From: Bugula neritina
Taxonomy: Eukaryota > Animalia > Bryozoa
Direction of reading: 5' to 3'
Length of the DNA stretch: 64,000 nucleotides
NCBI GenBank assembly: GCA_964035545.1
Contig: OZ037767.1
Span: 17,605,781 to 17,669,780 of the forward strand
This document shows, in pieces, positions 36,932 through 49,075 of this stretch. Made by a program: the position numbers and the translations under genes. Position 1 is the stretch's first letter; every line of letters begins with the position of its first letter. The notes beneath the pieces are model-generated. The model worked only from the letters and a program-made list of their open reading frames with translations. It ran no database searches and was not told the origin of the DNA.

Positions 36932-39900
36932 TATACTGTATATATTCTATTCTATACTGTCTTGCAATGACTATAAAAAAATTTTGAGTTACTCCAATAC
37001 ACTGCAGCCCATTGCTTAGAATAGAATCATAATATGGTTACAGATGGATTTGTGGTTGCAGTTTGCATAAACTTATGAATGTGGTTTCATTCCTGCAGCT
37101 GTTTCCACATATCTAATGAAGAATCCATTCACACAAGGGCATTGGAAGTGTAGTGATAACAAAATTTCAAAAAACATTCAGTTAAATATGATTTGCAATT
37201 CTAATTTATTTTTCAAAAATGCTTTCTGTTTAAAAACTAAACTTAACCTGTTTTTCTCCACCAAGGAAAACCCAAGTAGGTAGGTGAGAGTAGGGGGGGG
37301 GGGGGAAAGGGAGCATCACAGTAAAAACAAACCATGTGGGGTTTTGATGTGATGTGCAGTTGAAAGGTATTTTCATAATTTTACTTTCGGTGTGACTGTA
37401 GGAGGGGGAGAGAGACATGCCCAACACTTACCACTATCATCTGCTCGCAGAACTTGGGTTGTAATTTCAAGAAGTTGATCAGCAAACAGTTCTATCGAGT
37501 CCAGACCTCCAAGGTTGATACTGTCCCTGTAACAGATATAGTATACTAGTGCTATACTCTGTAGGATACTAGTGCTATACTCTGTAGGATACTAGTGCTA
37601 TACCCTGTAGGATACTAGTGCTATACTCTGTAGGATACTAGTGCTATACTCTGTAGGATACTAGTGCTATACCCTGTAGGATACTAGTGCTATACCCTGT
37701 AGTATACTAGTGCTATACCTTGTAGTATACTAGTGCTATACCCTGTAGTATACTAGTGCTATACCCTGTAGTATACTAGTGCTATACCCTGTAGGATACT
37801 AGTGCTATACCCTGTAGGATACTAGTGCTATACCCTGTAGGACACTAGTGCTATACTCTGTAGGATACTAGTGCTATACCCTGTAGTATACTAGTGCTAT
37901 ACCCTGTAGTATACTAGTGCTATACCCTGTAGGATACTAGTGCTATACCCTGTAGTATACTAGTGCTATACCCTGTAGGACACTAGTGCTATACTCTGTA
38001 GGACAGTAGCAAAAGGTAACATGAACTCTGAACATAACAAGGCTGTCTACACACACACCCCCTTCTGTATACGCTATCTCACTGGAAAAGCTCAGTTTAC
38101 TGCTAACATATTACACTTTAATTATTTTGAACCAAACAGTGAAGGTAACACAAGATTATGGAATTTTTATTTAACTCCTGGACAGTAGCAGTTGAGTGAT
38201 GCATACAGCGTAACAGAAGCAACCCGACTCTGACAACAGCTCTGTTATGAGGTGTCAGTCAGGGTGATACTATTTGTAAGCATTTCACTCATCAGTGTCT
38301 AGCATGCCTTCTCGCATGCCGCGTGCAGACATAACTCGTGCACACAAGCCGTGGGCAGTGTGGGGGAACACATATATCCTAATCTAACTACATTTGGACA
38401 TTCTTTCTACTTTCATATCAGTTTTGTGTAAAAATATTTATTTTTTGTTAATCAATTCAACTTTTTGGCAGTTTCGTGCTTTGATATAAAAACAATATTT
38501 TATTAATAATTGGAAATACATCAAATAAATTGGACACAGGGAGGGATATACTTGGACTATTTGTCATGAATGCCAGATTGTTGTCAGTCTATGGTGTGGG
38601 AAATATTCTAATATATTATAATATCAGCCAGAATTGCCACAAGATTGATTACAGAGTTTATAACCTGACATCATACTAAATATAACATCTCCATGCATCT
38701 ATTTACATCTTCACTCCAAACACCCCACCTGTGAAATATTACTTGTCACAAATACTGCATGAAGGGGCAGGATTTGAGCAGATGACTAAAAGGCCGGTTT
38801 TGAAGGTATAATAGGACTTAGTATTGTATAACTAATACTACTCAGCACTGAGTGACTAATACTACTCAGTACTGTGTAACTATAATAAGTACTCAGTACT
38901 GAGCAACTACAAGTACTCAGTAGTACTGAGTAACTAAGAGTAGCTCTATTTAACTGAATGCACTAATATTATACAACCTAGACATAATAGGCTAGCCACT
39001 ACGCAGTCTTGTACAGGTATTTACTACAGACTATCTGCAAGTATAATTTCCAGGCTATAAATACATCTCAGCTATTTTTAGCTCAGCCAACACCAGGACA
39101 TAACACCTGGGGAATAATTCACTGCAGTAAATGTTTAGCATACCTGCCTACCTGCCCATAAACAATGTCTTCAATGTCACTCACAATCCTAACTTTTTGC
39201 TGACCAAATTTTTAATAAATTGCCTCACTGTTGCCGTAGCAACCAAATTTATTACCATCCCAGTAAACATTGGGTATTTGATTGATAGACGCCTTTTTAA
39301 ACTTTATTTAAGCAACTCAAAGTCAAATAAATATAGCAACATGAAATATGTAACATAGCATCAAAGTGATATGATTAACTTGGCTGCAGTGGTGGATTAA
39401 ATAGGGGTCAACGTGGGTGTAAGGGAAATGAGTAAAGTAATTTACTAACTAGTGGTGGGGTAATCAGTTTATAGTGAATAGTAAGGGGGGTTGTACACTA
39501 GATAGTGGCGAATAGTAAGGGGGTTATACACTAGACAGTGGTGGATAGTAACTGGGGGTTATACACTAGACAATAGTGGATAGTAACTGGGGGTTATACA
39601 TTAGACAATAGTGCATAGTAACTGGGGGTTATACACTAGACGGTGGTGGATAGTAACTGGGGGTTGTACACTAGACAATAGTGGATAGCAAGGGAGTTAC
39701 TCACGAATCCGTTAGGTCTGTATCAGAACCAGATGTAGTTCCAGAGTCACTGCTGTTACTTCTGTTCCTCTTGTGGTACTTCACCTCGTCCTGAACAATC
39801 TCTCTCTGTCTCTTAGACATCCTACCAAACTTGACAGCTACAAGATGTAATACCAAACCATGAGGGATACAGACAGCTACAAGATGAAACACCAGCCATG

Positions 39901-42900
39901 AGGGATACAGACAGCTACAACCATGAAATAACTGAGAGAAACATCTACGGAGAGATGGCCAATGGAACAGTTGGTGTTTACAACCAGTATAATCTGCACT
40001 TTTTGTGGGAAAACTCAACCTCATTGCATTCTTTTTGCATTCTTCTGGTATCCATTAAACAATTATCTTTGAATAATTTAATTGAAGTTGGTTTTGGCAG
40101 AACTGGTCAATGAATCACCAGTTAATAACATGCTCAATGATGAATGACTTGAAAGGGTATGACAAGAATGTCTGTCTGTTTGTCTCAAATCTAATCAAAC
40201 TTTTCATCTTATTTACTATTGCATAATCAGTTTCCTGTTAGCATGAGCTCTCCAAGTTTAACAGATTAATGGCTGCTGACACCAGTTTATCAGCTGCCAG
40301 GTTGACCACTTGTGATGACATGCAGACGCTGCCCGCGAATGACCACCAGAGGGAGCATCAACCACTCTGCTAGTGACATTGTATTGTTTTGGAGAGAATT
40401 GACTGATTTCAAAGCAAAGTAGACATGCCAACAGTTGTAGATTGAAATATCATCTCCTAGCATAAGTTCCTTAAACTTCAGTATTGTATGAAGAGTTGTA
40501 TACCTGAAGCTATCAGATTTCGGCACAACTGTTGAGCATTGTAACTGCACAATGCAGTTGGAGTCAGGCCGGCTTGTGTAAACACAGAGGCGAGTGTTTT
40601 ATGGGTTACAATATCCAAGTTAATTGAGGATTTGAGCAATAAATAAAACTGAGAGTGACAGTAACAGGGCTGTGAAGGAGTAGAGTTACAAATATATCAC
40701 TCCGATTCTGTGAGAAGAAGTGGTGGAGGCGACACAGCAGAGAGCAACCAGATGAACAGCAGACAGCAACCAGGTGAACAGCAGACGTACATGAGAACAG
40801 CAGACGATAGGAGAGATAGAAGAGAACCCAACAACATTGAGAGAATTAGTCTGACAACAGACAAACAGCAAATAATTGAGTGAAGCAGAAGACAGTGTCA
40901 ACTGCAGAAGACAGCAAGATCAGATACTGTAGAAGTCAATGCAAATAAACAGCAACACATGAGAAGCAGTGAGAATGGTGAACATGTGACAGAGAGTGTG
41001 TGACAATGAGCATGTGCTGTGACAGTTCACCGCTCTTACCAAAGGCTAAAGAGAAAACACATCAAACTGATTTCAGGACAGTGGATTTAAGAAAGATTTC
41101 AAACTTTTTATAAACAAAGCAAAACATGGCTTATTTTGAAATGTAACGAGAAAAACAAGAATTAGAATAACAAGATAGATGCAGATTTGCAGAACAGGGA
41201 GTCCAGGTGTGAAGTTATTTATTCCAACTCAATCACTCCTTGGAGTACTCAACAAAGTAAGCTATGGTGTTTTTGCCTGCTAATACTGCCCATTAATTAT
41301 AAAGATCCATATTAATTTCCATAAATAATAATTATTTAACAGCTTTTATCAGCAAAACAAGCTACTCTGAAACTGAACTTATGAATGAATAATAGTTTAG
41401 AAGTAGTTGGTGGTGATACAAATGGTACATTATAGCCATTAACCCAGCTTGACACTCAGCTTAAGGTGGCATCAGGCACACAGATCTTGTCCATCACACC
41501 TACACCTGACCAACTATCCCCATTAGCTTACATAAACTTGGAAGATGCTATTACTAAATGGGCATCAGTAGTGGGGAGTGTATCTCAGGGTGAGCCAATG
41601 TGGAGAGACAGAATACTGTACATGACATGTTTATGCTGCCAGAACAATCGGAGTAAACAGAAATCACCACAGGTAGTTGCATGTTGAGGAAACTAAGGAG
41701 GTTGGATTTCCTTACCATCTTTGGACATTCCCAGAGAAAGGCATTTCTGTAGACGACAGTATTGGCAGCGGTTGCGGTTGAGTCTGTCTACCCGACAGTT
41801 CCCGTCCTTCTGGCACAGGTAGTTGTGGGAGTTGGTTTGACTTCTCCTGAAGAACCCCTACAAATACAGCGCAGTAGAGCCTTAGTTCTCAGGAGATAGT
41901 GGTGGGCTGGTCATCTATCCACACATTAACCACTGACATAGCTAGAGTAACTTACCTTGCACCCCTCGCATGTTATGACGCCATAGTGAACGCCAGAGGA
42001 TTTGTCACTGCAGACTTTGCACGGGATAACTTCAATGTCGGCTGCAAATAAATCAGTTTTATGGTGAGTTCTGGCATGGGCTTATGGCGTGTACGATACT
42101 ACAACATGTTACATAAATAACACTTTCTACTGCCATGGAAACGTCAACAAAACACCCCTTATTTTGACTCAATGGAAACTTGATGATTAGACTCAGCTTT
42201 ACAGCAGGCGAGCTATATAGGGGAGAGCCCTTTTAGCTGAACACTTAGTAGCTTGTCTCGATGCCTTTTCTTTTAATTAATCTAAAGATAGTCCTAATTC
42301 AGTTATATACTATTATTAATCCTAATATATAGATATAGACATCTTAATCAATATTAACACTGCAGAGTCCAACTCAAAGCAACTAGCCCCAAAACAAGCC
42401 CCATTCTCCTAACATACTTTGTCCACTGTGGCAGAGTGGACAGAGGCACAGACTGGAGCTTGCACTGTTCAATTAGTTCTGTAGTTTAGAGACTGCTCTG
42501 AAAAATTCCTGAATAAACCAGTTCTATGCTGGCTGGTTGCATAAGCTGAATTACTGGAGATTTTGTGGTTCTGTAAAACCACAAGTTAGAAAAGTTAGTT
42601 GATATTAGGCCCTGGCAGTATCGGAGTAGTGACAGCATAGTGTTTATTTGCTGCCTCAATGTCAGCATGTCATGTGGTAGATGTACTTATGAATGAAGAA
42701 TAAGCACTTGCTCTACCATGTCATAACTACTTGCCTAGGTGTCACAGGTGTTTGTGTTTCTGGTTATGTTTATTTGATGACTCCGTGTACTAAATGCAGC
42801 AAGCAGCTTTACTTTATGCTCTTTGAAGCAGACAGCTGTTTGTATTGAAAGCAAATGGAGCTAAAGATTTATATTTAAATACTGTGGCTGTGTATATTAC

Positions 42901-45460
42901 AAATATCTGCTGACCAGTGGGGAATTCTCCCACACATCTCTGGGTTGTACTGCAAGGGCGAGCAGTCTGTGTGGGTTAATAAAAAGGGTTCAGGGAGGAG
43001 GGGGGGGGGAGACTGGTGTAGATACAGCTAACTGTATAGCAGTTAACAGATATACTTGCAGCTTCTCTCTGTTCACTCATTAGTCTATACATTCAGGGGA
43101 GACAACAAAGTAACACTATTTGTCAGCCTTCGGACTCAAAGAGACATACAGCTACTAGTGTTGATCATTTTAAGGATTGATGTATTCACATTCATAAAAT
43201 GCTATCTGTATATTTATTTACATGAAATGGGAGGTTATATACTATCTTATCTGTGATGAATGTTTGACTGCCGTTACAATAAATATCAACGTCATACTTT
43301 TATATCTACAACAACTTTATATCTACAAAGTCCAATTGGCGCACATGTTCCCATGAACTGCATGTTCTTCTTCTTGTGTGAGTTTCACACAAGCTTGTAC
43401 TAAACACAAGTATTGTGAAAGGTTCTTAACTGTATTAAATATAAACTAGCAGTGAGAGAGTTCTGTATATGCTAGAGAGAGTTCTGTATATGCTAGAGAG
43501 AGTTCTGTATATGCTAGAGAGAGTTCTGTATATGCTAGAGAGAGTTCTGTATATGCTAGAGAGAGTTCTGTATATGCTAGAGAGAGTTCTGTATATGCTA
43601 GAGAGAGTTCTGTATATGCTAAAGAGAGTTCTGTATATGCTAGAGAGAGTTCTGTATATGCTAGAGAGAGTTCTGTATATGCTAGAGAGAGTTCTGTATA
43701 TGCTAAAGAGAGAGTTCTGTATATGCTAGAGAGAGAGTTCTGTATATGCTAAAGGGTGCACCTAAGCCACTGACCAACTTGTAATAGATGTTTGAATTAC
43801 ATAAAGCGTTGAGTTATTCATGTGAACTAGTTTTCCATAAACAAATGGCCCAGCCGCCCGGCTGATACAATCAAAGAGTCTAAGTGATAAGTTATCAGCC
43901 GACAGATCTGGAATTTGCATTATACAGAAGTTTGCCCGTGGATTTTAGCTTTTGTCAAAATAAAAAAGGGAAGATGAAATAATGTGCTAGTAATGGGTGA
44001 TTACATGAGTTGTATGCTTACTATTGTGTGACTGCTAGATACAAGCTCAGGGAATCATGGGAAATTATTTAGTATTAGATTTATTGTGTAGAGATAAGAT
44101 GAGTGTGTATGGTCTAGTGAAGAGTGTGTAGAGTGTCTAGTGTGTAGAATATGCTCTCAAATGTCTATTTATAACTTTACAATGCTCATTCCTTCTCCAC
44201 ACAAACTAATCAAATATTATACAAATGTTGATATAAGATAATTGGAGACCTAGTGACTTGGAACTTAGTGAATTGAGACTTAATGACTGGAGACTTGAGC
44301 AATGACCTAACTTGAGCACAGAAGTAGTCCTAGAATGCGTAGGGAAAGTACACCAGATGAGTATATAATATATTAATAACTATTGCGTATGTATAATTGT
44401 GCATATAGTATTGTGGTTACTATGGTGATATCATGTATATCTAATGATGGATAGGCATAGTTATTGCACTGTACTATACAATGCCTGCATAATATTATAC
44501 ACACTTAGTACAGTTTGCCTTCATTTGATACGTAGAAATAGCAATACAAATAATACCCTATACATATTATACTGTATACTCTATACATATAATATTAATA
44601 TACTGTATACTTTATACATATTATACTGTATACTCTATACATATATTAATATACTGTATACTTTATACATATTATACTGTATACTCTATACATATTATAC
44701 TGTATACTCACACGCTGTGAGTTGCAAGTTTCGAGTTGGCTAAGATTAATTAGGCATGATTAAATTGAAAAGTATTGTGTTGAAAAGTAGATTAGGTATA
44801 ATAATGACAATAATATATAAATAGTGTAATAATAGCACCTTAGTTTGTAATAGTTAATAAAAGAATAGCGAAACAATAGCATGTGGCATGTACCAGCGCT
44901 AATTACATCGGCTAGTGTGTTGTGACAGGGAATGCAGCAGACAGGTAGGTGCATAGCCTCTGCACCAATACTCTACACATTCTAATACTGTTTACCAAAA
45001 GGTCTAGCATGTTCTAGCTGATCACAGACTAAATGTGATTTGAAGATCAATACTAAGATCTGGAAGTGGATATCGACATGTGGGGGGGGGGGAGATGTGC
45101 CCCTATCATATCTCACAGTGGTGTGCTTGTATTAATTATACAAAATAATATAAATATATGTTATTTCGTTGCAATTCGTCTTCTATTAGAAAATAATCAA
45201 ATAGTTGAAGTTGTTGCAAAGGTATGTAAATGATAAGAATAAATGTCTTGATTAAAGAAACTTCTGATATAAATTATAGTTTCTACCCTTTCATTGACTG
45301 AACTGTGCTTACGCTAACACTAAAGCAGTCTAAAATACATAAAATGAAATAAGAATATGTATGAGTAAATACAACACTGTATAAACATAAAGGTCAATTA
45401 ATAATTATACATGACTACTATTATTGTTGTACCTTTAATGTTTGATGGTGGAGTTTTCAT
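32368..45460 (-). CDS. HR3: Nuclear receptor HR3/ROR (NR1F)
   Basis: Exon 45433-45460 MKTPPSNIK|[29 protein letters not shown]|GFFRRSQ...[20 protein letters not shown]|[13 protein letters not shown] (41956-42042, 41715-41858, 39704-39837). LBD: [49 protein letters not shown]-2: FTALHRELF; stop at 32368. Confidence 0.93.
33042..33272. mobile_element. Possible pogo/Tigger-type MITE remnant in an HR3 intron
   Basis: TA|CAGTGCTCCCTCCGTATCTC ... GAGGCGAGGGGGCAACTC|TA imperfect TIRs; locally CpG-rich. Confidence 0.35.
33804..34000. repeat. 24-nt intronic minisatellite (HR3)
   Basis: Unit cactagaatacccttgtacgtaca, about 8 copies. Confidence 0.9.
35672..36604. repeat. Higher-order 17-nt repeat with interspersed copies of the HR3 donor
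   Basis: (atataagcaccagttac)n with aaacttacctcctttaagc (= ttaaaggag|gtaagttt) at ~35802, 36129, 36253, 36376, 36498, 36536 and the real donor at ~36585. Confidence 0.9.
36863..36928. repeat. (TA)n microsatellite
   Basis: Uninterrupted TA run. Confidence 0.95.
37545..38003. repeat. 23-nt intronic minisatellite (HR3)
   Basis: Unit tactagtgctataccctgtagga, about 20 copies, next to the acceptor. Confidence 0.9.
39230..39243. promoter_or_regulatory. RFX X-box-like palindrome in an HR3 intron
   Basis: GTTGCCGTAGCAAC. Confidence 0.3.
41040..41045 (-). other. HR3: Candidate 6-nt microexon of HR3
   Basis: gtgttttctctttag|CCTTTG|gtaaga; phase 1-1, frame-preserving. Confidence 0.5.
43453..43752. repeat. 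21-nt intronic minisatellite (HR3 intron 1)
   Basis: Unit gagagttctgtatatgctaga, about 14 copies. Confidence 0.9.
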
Positions 45461-45611
45461 TCTTCTAATAAACGTGATAGACTACGTCTGGGTTGAGTAG
45501 GTTTATAGTATTTCGATGTAGAAGCAAAGCAAGAGAAATTCCTGCAACTTGACGAGGCACTTGTCACTACGATACAAATTCTATGCCGTCCTCAACGCTA
45601 TTAAGTGTACG

Positions 45612-45646
45612 AGGTGGGCGGGGCTAAAGCTGCTCTGGCCAATCAC
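45612..45646 (-). promoter_or_regulatory. GC box and CCAAT box upstream of HR3
   Basis: GTGGGCGGGGC (~45614) and GGCCAATCA (~45637), 150-190 nt upstream of the HR3 ATG. Confidence 0.5.
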
Positions 45647-46781
45647 TGGAGCTAGCTAGATCCTGGAGTAAAATAGTTGGCATACCGAAGATATGTAAGG
45701 ATAAATGATTGAAATGTTGGCAGAATATTATGTTGTATATTACCGAGAAATTCTGAAATACTTAGGATTTGATTTATTTTCATCTACCAGCTACTTATAG
45801 CATAGAGTATTGTGTATCTTGTTTATATGGCAAAATTTTGAGGAATTTACGGAATTTAAGAAAATTTATCTTTTACATAATAAAATTCTTTTATGCTTGC
45901 ATCCAGCATGTAAAATCTTGTCATTTTTACACTAATAGGATGACAAATTTATGGATGACAAATTCATAAATTCCATACATACAAAGATTTTATTTTAGAA
46001 AATCCAGTTCACAACCAGTATAATATACGTAGATTTCAATACCTTTGCCAAAATTGCTGGTTAATTTATATGAACTAGCTGTTGGCATATACTGTGTTAC
46101 ACATTGTACTTCACACAGCATACACTGTAGTGTAGTGTGTTACACACTGTACTTCACACAGCATACATTGTAGTGTAATACACGCTAGTAGTATGCACAT
46201 TTGGATACATATAAGTGCTGACATATTGCAAACCACTTGGAGACTTGAAATGATGTCGTCATTCAAAGTTAGAGAGAAATAAAACTATGAAATGAGCTAT
46301 TAAAGTGTAACATGTCATCTGATACTTTGGTAGCTGACCGCTTCCAATCTTCACAACTCAGAGTTAACAACGATGTGGCAACATTTTTTTAGCTACACAT
46401 GGTAACTTTATGATTTATACTACGGGTAGTGCGAAGTGAGTCCCTATCCACTGTACATACTACTCAGCAAACCCCAATGATGGTCTTGTATTATCATTGA
46501 GTAGAAAACACAACTCCGAAAGATGATAATTGGGTACGAAATCAGAAAGCATTATTATAATGACAAATAGAAAACGCAACTCCTAAATACATCAATTAAG
46601 TGAAAAGTCTGAAAATATATACAGACAGGTAACAACGCAGAATTTTGTATAGCTGCAAATTTGCAATCAGTGGCAGTCGGTAACAAGTCTTAGAAAACAA
46701 ACCAAACTTGTGATAGAATTATAATATGTTCAGAGTGACGGCGAGACTGTGATCAAGAGTTTTAGTTTGACATTGATAAAT

Positions 46782-47568
46782 ATGGGAAGTTCAAACACAC
46801 CAAAGCACGTTCTAGTGTTAAGAATATGGATTGCCATTGTTGCTTTTATGGCGCTAGGAAACACTTTTGCTTGCTTCTTTGGATCTCCACAATTTCTACG
46901 AGAGAGACTTTACAATGGAAAACCAGAAGAATGTAGGCTTCCTAATCTTTTCTATGGGTGTTGTTCATATTGATATAGCGTATGCATTGATTGTGATCAT
47001 GATGTGATTTATAATAGTTTCACTTTGAGTGCAACTAATGTAAATATATAGCCATAGGTGTAATAATATTACTAATATAGACAATGTTCATAAAATTAGA
47101 TATTTAATTTTAACTTAAAGTTCTATTTTATATTTAATATTAATTAATATTATAATTAAATTAAAAATCAAATTAAGATAACATTAAACATTTTAAGTTA
47201 TATTATAAATAATAGTTATATAAAATTAAATCAGAATTTGATATATAATTTAATTTGTTGATTATAAATTAAATAATTTATGTTTACAATACTATCCTTA
47301 TGAGTATGAGTATGAGTGATACTATAACTGAGTATAACTATAACCATGACATTGACAGTGTCTAACTTAGTCTTATAGTTTAAATTATTGTTATAGTTAA
47401 TGATACTATTTCAACTGATATTCATATTATAATAAATAAATAATAATTATATGGTGATGTAGTGCTGATAGTGATAGTCAGAGCTTAGTCATAATGATAG
47501 TTAGCTAATACTTATAATACTATCAAGTATTAATGGTAACTATGAGTATGGGCACTACATAAAGTGAT

Positions 47569-47645
<77 letters not shown>

Positions 47646-48765
47646 CTATTACTGTTAGTATTACTAGTATTACTAATGGCCTAATACCAATAGTAATACT
47701 AGTAAATGTAATAATATTAGTAATACTAATGCTATTGTTTCTGTTACAAATAGTTACTAATAGTTATACTCAGTTTCAAGCAAAATGTTTAAAAGTGTTA
47801 ATAAATTTATATATATTTTTTATTTATATATTTATATATATATATTTATAGTCAGAGTGTATATTTGCAGTTTTCACCATAATTCAATTGACAAAAATAG
47901 TATTTAGTAATGTTGATTGTAACTGACTGTAGTAATATAAATTGCTATCAAAATGATTAAGATATAATTATGACTCAGTACTTGCAATAAGATATGTCTA
48001 ATACCACTTACAGTGTCTGGGCTAGCAGCTAGACTGTTTGGGTGTTGGACGCTACTGGCCAGTATTGTGAGGGCCTACTGTAGTCTATACATCTACAATA
48101 AAACGTAAGTTTAGCTCACATTTTGCTGATTACGTCAACTTTACCCTTGAATATTATTGGAGATAGCTACTTGCACTGTTTGAGCCCCACATGAGGTGAC
48201 TGTTTGCTGACCTTTGAACTAGCTGCTGAATGATTGAAAGTCTCCTGAACCACTGAAAGCTTTTCTCATATTGCTTTCAGTTTCCTATAACTTATTTCTC
48301 ATCATGAAGTGTGCAGTTGTTTTCTAGTTTTTGCAGATGTTAATGTTTTACTGTTCTGTTGTAGGTTATACCACGTCACTCTCTTGACATTTGTCATGGC
48401 TTTCCTACACTTTGCAACTGAACTTTCACACTTTGGGACATGTTTGCTAGAAGTGGGAGTTATCTCTCCTCTTATAATATCTGGTAAGGAATCAGCAGTG
48501 CTACATAGAGTACCAGAATAATTACCAGTAGTGTTCCAACTCATTCATTGTTACTTAAACATTCAACTGCAGTGGTTTTCATACATTCTTATCAAGTGAC
48601 AACAGCCAAAGCTGTTATTTCAGTGGCTTTTCTTGACAACATGACACCTGACAACTATTTGCAGGTGTCTCCATCCTGTGGATGTTTATAGCCCAATACT
48701 TCATAGAGTTTTCAGAAGACACTGTGAGAAGGTCAAGGTCAGCAAAGGGTGCTAAGAGTTCCTGA
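46782..48765 (+). CDS. ERG28: Ergosterol biosynthesis 28 homolog (C14orf1)
   Basis: Four exons: LRIWIAIVAFMALGNTFACF...RLY|SGLAARLFGCWTLLASIVRAYCSLYIYNK|LYHVTLLTFVMAFLHFATE...GVISPLIIS|GVSILWM...*. Confidence 0.92.
47578..47642. repeat. (TA)n microsatellite in ERG28 intron 1
   Basis: Uninterrupted TA run. Confidence 0.95.
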
Positions 48766-49075
48766 CTGCAATGTCAAGGTCAAACAGTAGATGTGTATAG
48801 AGTAGCCCAGTAGGAGGAGTAGTGTGTATAGATAATGCTACTGCTTATAATAAGCAAGCACACTGATGCTATGGTCATCTATATATTTCATTATTCAAAT
48901 ACATTGTTTTTCCAGCTGCTGCTAAATTAAAAAAATGAGAGGCATGAAGTTGTTTGAGCCAATGCTGTATTTTCTATATGTGTTGACATTTTTATAAAAA
49001 CATACTGAATGTGATTACAGATATATAAATAAAATTAAAATAAATAACTTATTATAACTGTTGAAATTCCCCGTC

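Noticed and set aside
2358-38003. Regular 29-41-nt repeats as CRISPR arrays
   Set aside because: They are head-to-tail with no unique spacers, there are no cas genes, and the context is eukaryotic.
44300-44315. AAGTTAGGTCA in HR3 intron 1 as an autoregulatory RORE
   Set aside because: It has a mismatch in the 5' A/T extension and is a single site, expected by chance.
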